DNA of 64,000 nt, taken from positions 434,001 through 498,000 of the forward strand of contig JAAOMT010000303.1 of the NCBI GenBank assembly GCA_016748015.1. Direction: 5' to 3'. This document shows positions 39,155 to 53,251 of this stretch, in pieces. The position numbers and the translations under genes were made by a program. Within the stretch, counting starts at the first letter, position 1, and each line of letters starts with the position of its first letter. Origin of the DNA: Geosiphon pyriformis uo1. Its lineage: Eukaryota > Fungi > Glomeromycota. The notes under the pieces were generated by a model. The model was given only the letters and a program-made list of their open reading frames with translations. It did not search any database and had not been told where the DNA came from.

Positions 39155-39857
39155 TATTATGATTAAAATCCATACTTTTTATTAGTTATCACATGTATTA
39201 GTCATTAATGTCATATAATTAGCCACTCTATTTTTAAATAGTAATTATTAATCTAATTAATAACCTGACTATTGATCTAATCATTAACCTGATTATTGAC
39301 CTGGTTATTGACTACTTTTAATAGCTATATAATTGATAAGTCTCTTAGCTATAGAAAGACATAATTAAAGTAATAAGATAAAACACACTATTAATTATTT
39401 CTTTTCATATTGCTTATTTCTTTTTCTTTATCTTCAAGTATCTGAATATTTTGGAATAAAAAATTACTTGTTGGCATTTACATATTTTATCTTTTCCCTT
39501 TTTTGATTTGTATTTGTTAGAATTAACTTAAGAAATAATTGCTTGCTCTTGTAATTTATTTAAATAAAAAAATAATTAAAAAGCACAATAATATCTATTA
39601 TTGATTTTAAAAATTGCCAAGTTAAAGCATAAAATAATAACAGCAGTATTATTTTGTTAACAATCATAGACTATTTCTCTATCTTCAAATTTCCAAAAAA
39701 GATTTGCAATTGTGATTTTTATGAGACTGATTACTCACATTGAATCTTTACTTATTTAATTTACTCTCTTATTGTAATTTTTTCTTTAATTATTTTCATT
39801 ATGTTACAATTCTGTTTTTTCTTGCTATCTATTAGCTTGTTACTTCAATCCATAACA
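39155..39857 (+). mobile_element. LTR-A variant without matching TSD
   Basis: LTR-A termini, 6 units of the 12-bp array, diverged middle. Left flank is LTR-C, right flank is LINE2. Confidence 0.8.
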
Positions 39858-41301
39858 ATATTGCTGAAATAACTACAAAAATCAGACTTGCCAATTTGCA
39901 GATACAAAAATAGTTAACTTAAAATATACTTAAATACTCCACTAATAAATAATCTAGACCAGAAGTTAATTTTATAGCAAATATTATACAGATAATAGAA
40001 AAAAAGAACATTTCATTTTAAAAGCTCTGGCAACACATATGAGTTACCTGAATTTTCAAGACCATATTCATATTTAATTGAAACTATTATATCTTCAAGT
40101 GTAATTTACATTAAAGTCAGAGACTTACTAAGAAAAGAAAACATTTTATTTGCATCAAGTGCAAAACAAAAATAGATTACTAATAACATAGATAGACTTT
40201 ACAAAAAAATACAAACAAAGTAACATGGGTAGAATACCCAACTGATTTAAGATATTAGAGTTTACACTTATTATAAATAAATATAAACATATTGATGTAG
40301 CCTAATATAAAGTATTAAAAATACACAAACTGAACAACCAAATATCAGATAACCTAAACACAATACAAAGAGATACTATTTACATCCAAATTTCTGATAC
40401 TTTATTACCACAATAGAGGAGCATATGAGAGAGGTTAAAGCTTAAAAAAAAACTAGAAATATTAACAGATGACTCACTAATAAAAGCTGGTTCTAAAAAT
40501 ATTAAAGAAGCAGCTGCCTTTATAACACATAGAATAGAAACCAACTTTGGTATAACAGTAAATAGAAAACTATCATTAACAAAAACTGAAACAAAAGCTG
40601 TATTGTTGGCTTTAGAAGCAGTATTTTACAAATGTAAACTAACATTAAACACAAATAGTCAGGCTGTAGTATTAATAACTCAAAAATAGTTGGCCAAAAA
40701 CTTTAACTGACATATATAAAATGCAATCAAAGCAATGATAAGTGAAAAAAAAATTAATCTTATCATAAATAAAGTAGCTGCTCATACTAGAATATCTAAA
40801 AATAAAAAGACTAATAAACTAGCCAAAGAAGCTACTATTTTTAATATAGTAGGGTGAGCTTACAATGTTAAAAATACTTATTATATTTTTTTTGTAAAAA
40901 AGTTGAAATAAATCTAAATATTAGACACTTTTTAAGCCAACAAATTGGATAAGCAATAGCAAAATTTAAGAGGCTCTAAGACTTTTAGACCAAAAGATAG
41001 ATTGAAAGTGCATAACCAAAATTTGAAACTGTGATAGAAAAATGTCATCAGGCTTTACCTTAGCTGAATTCTCAGCAATATGTATCTTTATTATGAAATT
41101 ATTTTATAATATGCTGTCAATAGCAAAGATGCTATACAATAGATAGTTTTTAGTATATCTAAACAACTTTTGCAAAATGTGTTACATGGAAGTTGAAACC
41201 AACAAGCACTTTTGGAAATACTTATTAAATACTTAAGAAGGCAAAAAACTAATAAATGATGTAAGAAATAAATAAATAACCAGTGTTATGCATCACTTAT
41301 C
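39858..41301 (+). mobile_element. LINE family 2 ORF2 fragment (RNase H-Zn finger region)
   Basis: Reverse-complement match to ~41972-43457 (e.g. CAATCTAGACCAGAAGTTAAT vs 43349-43369). Confidence 0.85.
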
Positions 41302-44300
41302 TTTTTTTTTTGTTAACATGTAGTCATGCTGGTCTTTTATTAGTTTAGCCATATTCAAAAAGCATGTCTTTTTTATAAAGCCAACTTACCCAATAATCTA
41401 AATTACAAGATATGGCTAATTACTAAATAGTTATGCCTAACTATACACTAGTATAACCAGAAAATCTAAAGTAATTCTACCACAAAAAACATCAGCCAGT
41501 ATCTTATTACATTATGAGAATTTATTACCCAACTTAACTTTGAATTTGCTGTTATCATTATTACTACTTTTTAATATTTTATGTATGTTGAACATACCTG
41601 ATGGGCTTGTCTTAACTTTGTTATCAATACTTACTGATTTTTTCCATTCAATTTGTAATTTGCAATGTTCCCCCCATAATTTACTTTTTGCTTGAGCCAC
41701 TGCCTATTTACACACTTTAATTAATATATTATTGTTAGTCTTATAATCAATGTTAGCAAAAGTGTTGATTCTTCCAAATTGCTTATTAATCAATCCTTTG
41801 CATAGCAGATCTATGTTGGGTGTTAACATAATGTACTTATTAGACAGGACCAGCTTCTTACCAAAGTTTAAGATTTTATGTTTATCTGTTGGATGTTAAC
41901 ATAATGTACTTATTAGATAGAACCAACTTCTTACCAGAGTTTGAGATTTTATGTTTACCTTCTACAGTCTTTGATAAGCACTGCATTTACTCATTTCTTA
42001 CATCATCTATTAGTGTTTTGCTCTTTTGAGTATTCAAAGAGCATTCCCAAAAGTAACAATTGGTTTTTACTTCCATATAACATATTTTACAAAGATTGTT
42101 CAAATACACAAAGAAATGTCTATTGTATAGCACCTCTGCTATTGGCAGCATGTTATGAAATGATTTCATAATAAATGTATACATTGCCAAGAAATTAGCT
42201 GAGATGAAGCCTGAAGACATTTTACCATTCCAGTTCTAAACTTTGGTTGTGTACTTTTAGTCTATTTCTTGGTTTAAGAGCCCTAATGTCTCTTGGACTT
42301 TATTATTGCTTATTTATTTCAAAGCTGCTTGAAGCCTGGTTTGTTAGCTCAAAAAGTGTCTAATATTTAGATCCAACTTAATTCCTTTACAACTAAGAAT
42401 ATAGCTGGTATTTTTGTCATTATAGGCCCATCTTACTGTGTCAAAAGCAGTGACTTCTTTGGTTAGTTTGTCAGCCTTCTTATTTTTGGATATTTTAGTG
42501 TATGCAGCCACTTTGTTTATGTTAAGATTAATTCTTTTTTCTCTTATTACTGCTTTAATTGTATTTCATGTATGCCAGTTAGGAGTTTTGAGCTAATTCT
42601 TAATAGACAAGAGAGAATCTTTAAACAACTATTTTTAAGCTGTTAATATTACTGCTTAACTATCTGTGTTTAATGTCAGTTTGCATTTGTAAAGTACTGC
42701 TTCCAAAACCAATAATACAGCTTTTGTTTCAGTTTTTGTTGATAATAATGTTCTATTAACTGCTATACCAAAGTTGGCCTCTATTCCATGTGTCAGAAAA
42801 GCAGCTGTTCTTTTAGTATTCTTAAAACCAGTTTTTATTAGTAAGCCATCTATTAATATTTATATTTCCTTTCTGAGCTTCAACTTTTCTTGCACATTTC
42901 TCTATTATGATAATAAAGTGTCAAGAATTTGGATGTAAATAGAATCTCTTTGCATTGTATCTAGGTTATCTGATATTTGTTTATTTATTTTGTGCATCTC
43001 CAATACTTCATATTGAGTTATATTAATGTTTTTGTGTTCATCCATAATGATTGTAGATTTAAAATTTTAAACCATCTGGGAATTTTATCACTGTTGCTTT
43101 GTTTGTACTTCCTTGTAAAGTTTATTTATGTCATTAGTGATCCATCTTTGTTTTGTATCTGATGCAAATACAAAATATTCTCCTTTCTTAATAAGCCTCT
43201 AACTTTAGTGTAGGTTATACATAAAGCTATAACAGTCTTAATTAAGTATGTATGTGGTTTTGAAAACTCAAGTACCCCATATGTATTATCAGAGCTTTTG
43301 AATACAATACCTCTTTCTTCTATTATCTGCATGATATTTGCTATAAGATTAACTTCTGGCCTAGATTGTTTATTAGTGGGATATTCAAGTACACTTTGAG
43401 CTGACCATCTTTGTGCTTGCAAGTTGGCTAGTCTGATTTTTGTAATTATTTCAGCTTTTTGCTTGTATATTATCAATTTTGAACAAATTGTACAAAGATA
43501 AGTAATACATGACACTGGCTAGGAAATCTATTGACAGTTTTATTTTTTTTTTTACAGTGACTGAGATCTTTAAAGTCTATCTTCTGGCCCAACTATTTGG
43601 AATATGAATCAATTGAGATTTAAATTCTATTGTTGAACTGAATACATTATTAAAAATATAAATTGTCTGTTTTTTAGTGATGTATTTTTTTCTAATAACC
43701 TCATACACTGCTTTAATATCAGATTCTATTATTTTTAACACAGTTTCATTTTTTCCATCTGCTTTAATCTATACCTTCAAATATTAGGTGTATATAGATG
43801 AATCTAACAATTTCAAGATTTGTTTGTTTGGTCCAAATTTTAGTGGTTCAACCAACACTGAATTTTTTTTTGAGAGTCTAACCACCATTGTTTCAGTCTT
43901 ATATAAGTTGATCTTAATATCCACCATTCTAAAAAAAGAGCTGGCTGTGTTCAGAATACTTTGTATCTCTTGTTTTGAGTTAGCTATCTATACTGTGTTA
44001 TTAACAAAAATGGGTTTATTGATACCAACAAGAATTGTGTGTCTGTTTGATTGTCCCACTTTTTTTACTCAGCTGTTAATTTGTATCCTTGACCATAATT
44101 GACCTGTTTTACTTTACACAGTAAGAAGTCATAAAAAATCTTTTACATAATGGGTGAGCTTGTTTCCCTCTGATCCAGTCCATTTTGTACTTGATATTTA
44201 TTACTCAGTCCAAACTCAGTTATAATTTTATTATTTCTATTGTTGTTCATCTTAATCCTCTTTAGTACAGTTTCTATAGATTTTTATTCCACTAAGTCAT

Positions 44301-47034
44301 ATGCTTTTTTTATGTTCTGAAATGTAAACCAAGTCTTATTACCAAATTTTTTTGCATGCTCAGCAACAGCATTAATCACATGAATTGGCACTGCTATGAA
44401 GGTATTCTTTAAAACTGAGGTATTATAATCTTTTAGAACATTGTGAAGCTCACATGCTTTTAATATTCTTACTGTTAAAATCTTTGTTAAGATCTTTCTT
44501 GTACTTTCAATGAGTGTGATTGACCTGGTAATGTCAATATTGCCACTCTATTCTTTTGGCTTTAGAATTAGTATTACTTATGCTATTCTCCACTTTTCAA
44601 GCATGTTTGCTGCCTCTATACAAGCATTGAACAATGTTCTCAGTTTGGACTTGGTATTATGTCCAGCTTTCCTTCATAGTTTAGCTTGAATGCCTGATGG
44701 GCCAAGGGCTTTGTTATAAGGTATGTGGCCCAATATGTGTTCAAATTTCTCATTTGTTATTTCAGCCATTACGCCATTAAAGGCATGATCTGGAATGTTC
44801 TTAATTGGCTTAAAACTGTGTTTCCAACTTTTTCATAGTTCAGGTTCAAGAATTTTTGTTTTAGTCCAACCTTGTGCTTTTTTGTTTACTAGTTTTTTGA
44901 TTTCATCAGGATTATCATGAAATTTGCCTTCTTTAATGACATAGTCCAGTATTATTCTTTGTTTTTTTCTATTCAGAATGCTTTTGATCATTACTTCTTT
45001 GTTTAGTTAAAAGTTTTGTTGTCTTCTAATAATATTGTCCACTATCTGTTTTTGCTGTTGTAGCCTAATCCTAGCACATAGTGTTAATCTGTATTCCTTT
45101 TTAATGCTAAGTAATTCTGTAATAATTCTATCTTTTTGGAGAGTCATCAAATATGCATTATTTGTTTCAGGTTTCAACTGTTTCCATTTAGCCAACAACT
45201 ACATAATATTGTTATCATGCATATCTGCATTGTTTACTTTTATTTGTTTGATTATATTAGCAACAATCTTAACAAGCTTGTAATCTAAGCATTTTTTTTT
45301 GTGTGTGCAGATTAGGCTCCTATTTTCCTTTTTGGTAAGCAGTCAGCAGTTTGTAATACAGTTTTTTTGATTGTAAGGCACATTAAATTTAGATCATTAT
45401 TGCTGTTATCTACTGATTTTCTTTGTGCTTCATCTGTTAATCTATCAGTTTCTCTTGCATAGATCTTCCATTGTGCTCCAGATGTTTTTTAACATCAATC
45501 ATAGTTGTGCAATTCTTCTTTCTCTCAGATCTAGATTTTTTAGTGTCTGCCAAGATTCTGTTAGATTAGATAATTGTTATTACTGCTTTGTAATTAGTGT
45601 TAAATAATTCATTAACATCAATCACCCCAATGTTTGTGACCAGTAAGACTGTAACTACATTAGTAAATACATAGTCTAATCTTCTTCATACTCTATCTAA
45701 TGCTTATGTCTTTTCTGAATTGTTTGTTGTATACTTCATGTGTATTCACCAAATTCATATGTTGTAATGTTGTAGCAGTAAAACAAGTTTTGACTTTGTT
45801 TGTAGTAAATGTTTTTTTAAGTAATTTGGATGTCAGATCTTCATTCAAATTACCTGCTACTATGATTATCTCTTTGTTTTGCACAATGTCTTCCAAAAGT
45901 TTCCTGATTTTTTAGCTACTGCTCTCTCAGTAGGTAATTTGGAAGCAGGTATATACAACTCTACTATGTGCACACTGATTTTATCTCTAAATTTTAACAC
46001 CAAATATAACAGCCTTTCATGATATATCTTGATTATTTTTATATGATATATCCAACATTTTTTGACCAGTATACCAACTTCAGTTCCCATTTGTTTTTCA
46101 GCACTTGACTCCCAAAAGGCATAGTATTCATCAGAGCCAAAAAATACACTCTTTTCTTTGGGTGAAGTCAGTTTAGTTTCTGTAATAATTACAAAGTCAA
46201 ATTGTTCTTCAATAATCCACTGTAATACCTTTTCTGTTTTACCAGAATTATTAAGTTCTTTAACATTAATAGTACCAATTTTTCAAGTATTATTATCAAA
46301 GTAGTTCTGTTCTATGTTGGAATTAGGTGTGCTATACATTATTTGTTTCCATAGATTTAGGTTTTCTAACAGTAAAACTGCTTTAACTACCCTGTTTTTT
46401 TATTTGCTTTGGTAACTCCAGAATGAGTTCCAATGTTTTTTTTATTTCCTTGATTTCCATTTCTAGGTTGTAAGTCTCCTTTTTTTCTGCCAAATTAGAT
46501 TTAGATATAGTGCTTTGGCTTAATACTCTATTTTTCATTTCTCTTTTTTCCTTTGAAATGTGGCTTTGCTGTTGAGTAACTATTATAACCTTTTTTTTTC
46601 TACTGTTACTCCAAGTTTGGCAGCTATTGTACTCAACAGTTTGGCCATTTTATTAATCTGCTGTCTCAACTCATCAATTTCAGCCTTTTATGGTTGGTTA
46701 ACCCCTTTTTTTGGTTGGTTTTCTTTAATGTTTACTTGTGAACCAGGTCTTTGAGATCTGTTTGAATTTGTGTTGTTTATATTATGAGACAATCTAAGTA
46801 CAGCCATTTTGGTGTATGATCTCTCACCAAAGGCCTTGACAGTTTTCTCTGGAACTTTCCTTTTAACATAAAGCTTTGCTAATCTAATATTGTTGGAAAC
46901 TTTCTTGGTATTTCCCTCTTTTTTCTTATGTAGAATTGGACATTTAGAAACCAAATGTTCTACTTGATAACAAAAATAGCACTTTTTGGCATTAGTAAGC
47001 ATTCAGTGAACCAATGTGTTTTCAATTACTAAGG
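41302..47034 (-). mobile_element. LINE family 2: poly(A) at 41302-41311, ORF2 (~41441-46340; APE, RT, RNase H, Zn finger), ORF1 3' half (CCHC)
   Basis: CYFCYQVEHLVSKC; GTINV, ITETKL, AGNLNE, RLDYVF; ITLIESTRKILTKIL, FVNNT (from FVDDT); CKICYMEVKTNCYFWEC; T10 tract. Confidence 0.9.
41814..41957. repeat. 73-bp tandem duplication within LINE2 ORF2
   Basis: TGTTGGRTGTTAACATAATGTACTTATTAGA...GATTTTATGTTTA at 41814 and 41887. Confidence 0.9.
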
Positions 47035-47191
47035 GCTTATATAACTATTAAAAGTGGTCAATGATCAGGTCAATGACTAGGTCAATAATCAAGTCAATGA
47101 TCACTTTCTAAAAATAGAGTGGCTAATTTATATAACATCAGTAACTAATACATGCAATATTTAATAAAAAGTATAAGTTTCAACAATAATA
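47035..47191 (-). mobile_element. Partial LTR-A (U3 end to TATA), inverted relative to A3
   Basis: Matches 31779-31935, including 4 array units. Confidence 0.85.
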
Positions 47192-50100
47192 ATAAGATTT
47201 AACAGTAAGACTAGTTGCAACAGTACTATCATAAAGACTCTTCTGCTACTTGGTTCTCACAAAAAACTAATGCTGGTGCTTACCAAAAAATCATTAAATG
47301 GGCATTAACAAATGCTGAAGAAAAAAACACTTCTTTTACAATCTGGTTTGAAACTAAATTTAAAACTTCTATTTTAATATCCAAATAGCATATAAAATTA
47401 GAAAGAAGAACTCAAGATTCTGGTGAAGTGGTAACTGAGTATGCCAAAGCAATCAGAAAATTAATCAAGTAAATTTTGGAAGAAACTAAACAGAAGAACA
47501 AAAGATTCATTCCTTTACAAAAAGATTGAGAACTGATCTTTCCTATGCTTTTTGGCCTCTCCTGGCTTTAAAAAACAATTCCACAATGGACATGATCATT
47601 GAACTTGCCCAACAAATTGAAGACAACCAAAGAATGCACTTGGAATCCACACTTCCAGTTTTTGCTTCCCAAATGGCTGCAACCTCTTTTGCTGTCCAAA
47701 TTCAAGACCCAAATAAACAGTTAATAGATAGACTCACAGTTAATCTTGCCCAGTTACTGGAGCCCTTAGCCCAAGCAGTCAGAGAGAATTAACAACTCCA
47801 AAAACCCAGATTTGAACTCCATTTTAATCAACTTCAGCAACCCTCTTATCAAAGACAACAAAATTGTGGCCCACCTGTGTGTTATTACTGTAGATTAACT
47901 GGACATTTTTTTAGAGATTGTAACAATCCTCTTCTGCTTCTCCCAGCTCCCAGAAACAATAACAATCAAAACAATAGAACCATCAACAATAATATCCTCA
48001 ACCAAAGACCCAATCATGTTAACATCAATTTCTTTGGAGAGAATTTCTTAGTTGAAGCCACTGTTTATTAGTCTTTAAACTAGTAGACACACCTTTAAAG
48101 AGTGAGAGTGCAAGCCAATCAGAAGAAAATCTCTTTTATGTTTTTAACCTAATTAATAATGACTATGATATAAATGAACTAGCAATCAACATCTCTAAAT
48201 CAACCAGAAAGAAGAAAAAAGCCAAGGTTGATTTCACTTTGGATCCAAACAAGGCATCCAAATCAACTGTTGATAACAATGAACTACCAAAGGCTAAAGT
48301 CTTTAAGAATTCTCTAAAGTTGGAACTCCCAAAAATTGTACAAAAATTTGGACCCTATTCTGTTGTCAAAGATCTTATTAAAACACCTGCTCATATTACT
48401 TTTGGCCAGTTAATGGCCCATCTCTAATTCAGAAAAGACATTTGCAAATCTTTGATTTCCAAAAAAAAGACACCAAAAACTAACAAGTGCTCATGCCAAG
48501 CTGGACTTGCTGACAACAGCAATGTTACCCCTCTCATTTGTAAAGCCCAAGTGGCTGGTTATTTTATTAATCTGATCTTGGACAGTGGATTATCTGTTAG
48601 TGTTATTGCCAAACACTTCTTAGAAGCAATTGGCAGAAAGATTGATGAACCATCTACAAGACCAATGACCAACATACATAGTAACAAAAAGAAAAGTTTG
48701 GGCATAACCAAAGCTGTTCCTGTTCAAATCAATGGCATTAGCATTGAAACTGACATGAAAGTATCTGAAACAAAAGAATACACCATAATAGTTGGCAATG
48801 AATGGTTTAAGAAAGCAAAAGCCTTGTTTGATTATGAACTCTGTGAACTAATCATCAGATGTGGTAAGAAACCTATTGTGATTAAGTGCTATTAATGAAC
48901 AACTTTTTTAGTATCTAAGCAGAACCAAGAAAAAAAACAATCAGATAAATCAGATGATAATGAAAGTGATGAAAAAGAAGATCAAAAAAAACAAGAAGAA
49001 ACTGCTAAACTTGTCTATACTATCTTTACCAGCAATGACAAACCACTGGACAATGTTAAAGCTGACAAAAAAGGAATTATAGTAAATGGCAAGCTGATCT
49101 GCTGGCCTTACTATAATATTCTCAGAAGAATCTTTGATAGAAAACCTGGCAAGAAAGCAAAATACAACTATTGGTAGCATGATCTTTGTGTTAGGTGCTG
49201 GTGTGATAAATCTTTGTATATCTCTAGTGATGAATGCAAGTCTTGCCTAATCTATTACAAAGATTGGAAGCCAATTAGTTTAATACTCAGAGAAAAACTA
49301 AAAGAAGTACAGAAGTCTTTTGAGAGTGAACCACCTAAAATCTAATCACTAGTTGTAGAACAAAAAGAACCTTCTCTTGAAGAAAGAAAAGTGAACATTA
49401 AAAATCTGTTGAATAGAAATAGCCCAGTTATCTCAAAAGAAGGTGATACCCCTGGATGAACTCATGTAATACAACACACTATTACCACAAAAGAAACTCA
49501 TTTTATCCATTTGAAGCCTTATCAATTCAATTAACACAATAATGAGTTTATTAAGAAAGAGATAAACCAGATGAAAGATCTTGAATTTATACAAGAAACC
49601 AAGAGTAAATGGGCTTTCTCAGTTGTAATAGTATTCAAGAAAGATGGAATTTTATGCTTCTGTGTTAACTACTACTAACTAAATACCATCACTATAAGAG
49701 ACATATATCCATTCCCTAAAATTGATACAATGCTAAATAAATTTAATAGTGCTGCTTTCTTCTCAACTATTAACTTAACTGCTGGATTCTGGCAAGTAGA
49801 GATGAATTTAGAAAGCAGAAAAAAAACTGTCTTTATTACTAAGTATGACACCTATAAATTCACAGTTATGCTTTTTGGTCTCACCAATGCCCCTCCAATC
49901 TTTCAATACCTAATAAACAAAGTATTTGAATCAGTAAAAAAAAACTTTGTTTTGGTTTACTTAGATGACATAATAGTCTACTCAAAAACCTGGAATGAAT
50001 ACCTTGAAACATTTGCAAAAGGTTTTTGACCTGCTTAGAAATACTGGCCTTAAAATCAACACAATTAAATTTTTTTTTGGATGCCAATCCACCCAGTTTC

Positions 50101-51642
50101 TTGGTTATCTTATTACAAAAGATGGAATCTTCTCTGATCCAGCTAAAGTTGAAAAAGTTCAAAACATTAAACAACCAATAAATGTTCCTAAACTACACTC
50201 TTTCCTTGGTTTGGCTTCTTATTATTGCAAATTTAATAAGAATTTCTCCAAAATCGCCTTTCTTCTCAATCAGCTACTCAGGAAAAATGTTAATTATTAC
50301 TGAGGCACTTATTAACAAAAAGCTTTTGAAATTCTGAAGAAAAAACTTGTTATTGAACCAATTCTCAAACAATCTGATCTGGACCAATCTTTTATCTTTC
50401 ACACTAATGCATTTGGCTATAGACTTGGTGTTGTTCTTTCACAAAAAGATGAAAATAGCAGAGAACATGCCATAACATATGCCAGTAGATCCCTTACACC
50501 AGTAGAAAAGAACTATTTAGTTACTAAACAAGAATGTTTAGCAGTGGTTTGGGCTACTAGTTATTGGGATCAATATCTTCTTGGTGCAAAATTCTTAATG
50601 ATAACAGATTATCAAGCCTTGGTTTGGCTGTGCAATAAAAAAAAGCTGGAACACAAACAAATAACTTGCTAGATACTTCACTTGGATGAATTCGACTATG
50701 ATATTCAATACTGCAAAGGAGCAAATCATCAAAATGCCAACATTCTCTAGACTTATTATCCAGTGATAGTATAACCTCTCAAACCAAACCAACTTAATTA
50801 TTAGTAACTCCTTTACAAACAAACACAATAATAGACTTGGACAACTACTTTGCCTTAATAGAATTTTTGGGTAAAAAACAATACCCACCAGAATACACTA
50901 GACAGCAAAGAAAACATTTGCACAAACAATCAAATTTCTATTTGATCTGCCAAAACCAATTATATTGTTATGGTTGAAACTTATACTTCTTATTAATTAT
51001 CACATATATTAGCCACTAATGTCACATAAATTAGCCACTCTATTTTTAGAAAGTAATCATTGACCTGATTATTAATCTAGTCGTTGACCTGATTATTGAC
51101 CACTTTTGATAGCTATATAAGCAATAAATCTCTTAGCTATAGAAAAGCATGTTAGAAATCAAAAGAAATAAAAGAAATAAAATAACAACTTCATCTCAAT
51201 TCTTCTCTTATCACTAAAATTTCTTTTCTCTACCTTCAAATATCTGAACATCTTAAAGATAAAAGATTACTTGTTGGCATTTACCTACTCTTTTTCTGAA
51301 ACATGTAATTGTAGTATTTAAAGATTATTGAATAAAACATGACTGAAAAGCACATCTGATATCTAATATTGAATTCTAAGAGTGCCAATGTGAGACATAA
51401 AATTATACCAGTGTGTAATCATTTGTTGACAGTATGAACTATCTCTCTATCTTCAGATTTCCTGGTTACTTTTTTAAAAGTACAGCAACTGAGATATTTT
51501 AAGAGACTAATCTTACACATTGAATCCTTACTCATTCAATTTACTCTTTGAAGTTGAAATTCTTTTGATTATTTTTATTACCTTACAATCTTGTTCTCCT
51601 TTGCTATCCATTAGCTTGTTACTTTAACCTGTAACATAAAAG

Positions 51643-51659
51643 TGGTGCTCTCTGTAAGG
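51643..51659 (+). promoter_or_regulatory. Primer-binding site of A4 (TGGTGCTCTCTGTAAGG)
   Basis: Begins with TGG, complementary to a tRNA CCA end; 6 nt after the LTR. Confidence 0.75.
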
Positions 51660-53203
51660 TTGTCAAAATTCACTTTGTTTTCTATTGTATGGGTAATTAT
51701 TCATACCTACCATAACAATCAGAAAAACACTTTGAAGCACATAACAAAAACAATCTAGACTTTATTGAACTCAATCCTTTGCCCTTCTGCTTGATTTGCT
51801 TCCACATTAAAGAACAATTCAGTAGACAATTCTAAGACTTTTGGAACTGGTTTCTGAATAAGCATTCTGCTAAAACCTATACAGCTTATACAATTTATTA
51901 CTTTAATCAAGCTTATTTTGAAGACAACTTTGAAGAAAGAAACAACAGCATTAATTAGCTTTTATATTCCACAATCTTTGAACAACAGCCCTCTAATTTC
52001 GAATATCTGAATCATTAAATCCATACTTAGATTGCTGCCCATTAATTAACTAAAACTCCTCTTGAAACAGAAGAAGAAAGCTATCAAACTGCTCCTGTTT
52101 TTGATCTCTTCTCAAAAGAATCAGATCACTCTACTCAAACAGTAATTCCTGAATCAATGATTAATGATTCTATGCAACAGAACATTTTAATTGCCCTCCA
52201 AGGCATACAAACTGCTTTGGAAAGAAGAAACAATACTTCATTATCCTTGTTTAGAATTGATGTACAAGATCCAATTGAATGGTTGGATGACTTTGAAAGA
52301 GCTGCCACAGCCAACCAATATGATAATGAATATAAGTTCCAAATTGTTGGTGGCTATCTTCAAGGCTCTCCTGCTACTTGGTTCTCACAAGAAACCAATG
52401 CCAATGCTCAGCAAAGAATTATTAGATGGGCACCAGCAAATGCCAAAGAAGACAATATCTCTTTTACTACCCAGTTTGAAATAAAATTTAGAACTCATAT
52501 GGAATTAGAAAGAAGAACTCAAGGCCTTGGTAAAGTTGTAACAGAATATGCCAAAGCAATAAAAAAACTTATTAAACAGATAGACTCTGGAAGAAATTGA
52601 ACAGAAGAGCAGAAAATACATTCCTTCACAAAAGGACTGAAAACTAATCTATTATATGTTTTTTGGCCTCTCCTGGTCTTAAAAGATAATTCCACAATAA
52701 ATATAGCTATTGAACTTGTCTAGAGAATAGAAGATAACCAAAGAATGCATCTGGAATATACCCTTTCAGTTTTTGCTTCTGCTCTTATTATGGCTTCTGC
52801 TCTACAAATGGCTACTATCTCTTTTGCTGCTCAAACTCCAGATCCAAATGAACAATTAATAGATAGGCTCACAGCAAATCTTGTCTGGTTATTGAAACTT
52901 TTGGTCCAAACAGTTAAAGAGAATCAACAAACTCAAAGAACCAGATTTGAACCTCATTTTAATCAGTTCTAGCAACTCTTTTATCAAAGACAACAAAATT
53001 GTGGCCCACTTGTATGTTATTGCTATGGATTAATTGGATATTTCTCCAGAGATTGCAACAATTCTTCTTTGCCTCTTCCAGCTCCTAGAAACAATAACAA
53101 TTAAAACAACAGAATCATCAACAACAATATCCTCAATCAAAGACCCAATCATGCCAACATCAATTTCTTTGGAGAAGATCCTTTAGTTAAAGCCACTATT
53201 TAT

Positions 53204-53251
53204 TAGCCTTTAAACTAGTAGGCACATCTCCAAAGGGTGAGAGTGCAAGCC
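53204..53251 (+). promoter_or_regulatory. Putative gag-pol recoding cassette: TAG-CC-TTTAAAC, 5-nt spacer, hairpin
   Basis: Heptamer T TTA AAC is in gag phase and its -1 frame is open into the protease ORF (53305). Also at 28692-98, 33479-85 and 48074-80. Confidence 0.65.

Noticed and set aside
51643-51660. tRNA gene
   Set aside because: Only ~17 nt complementary to a tRNA 3' end (a PBS); no cloverleaf.
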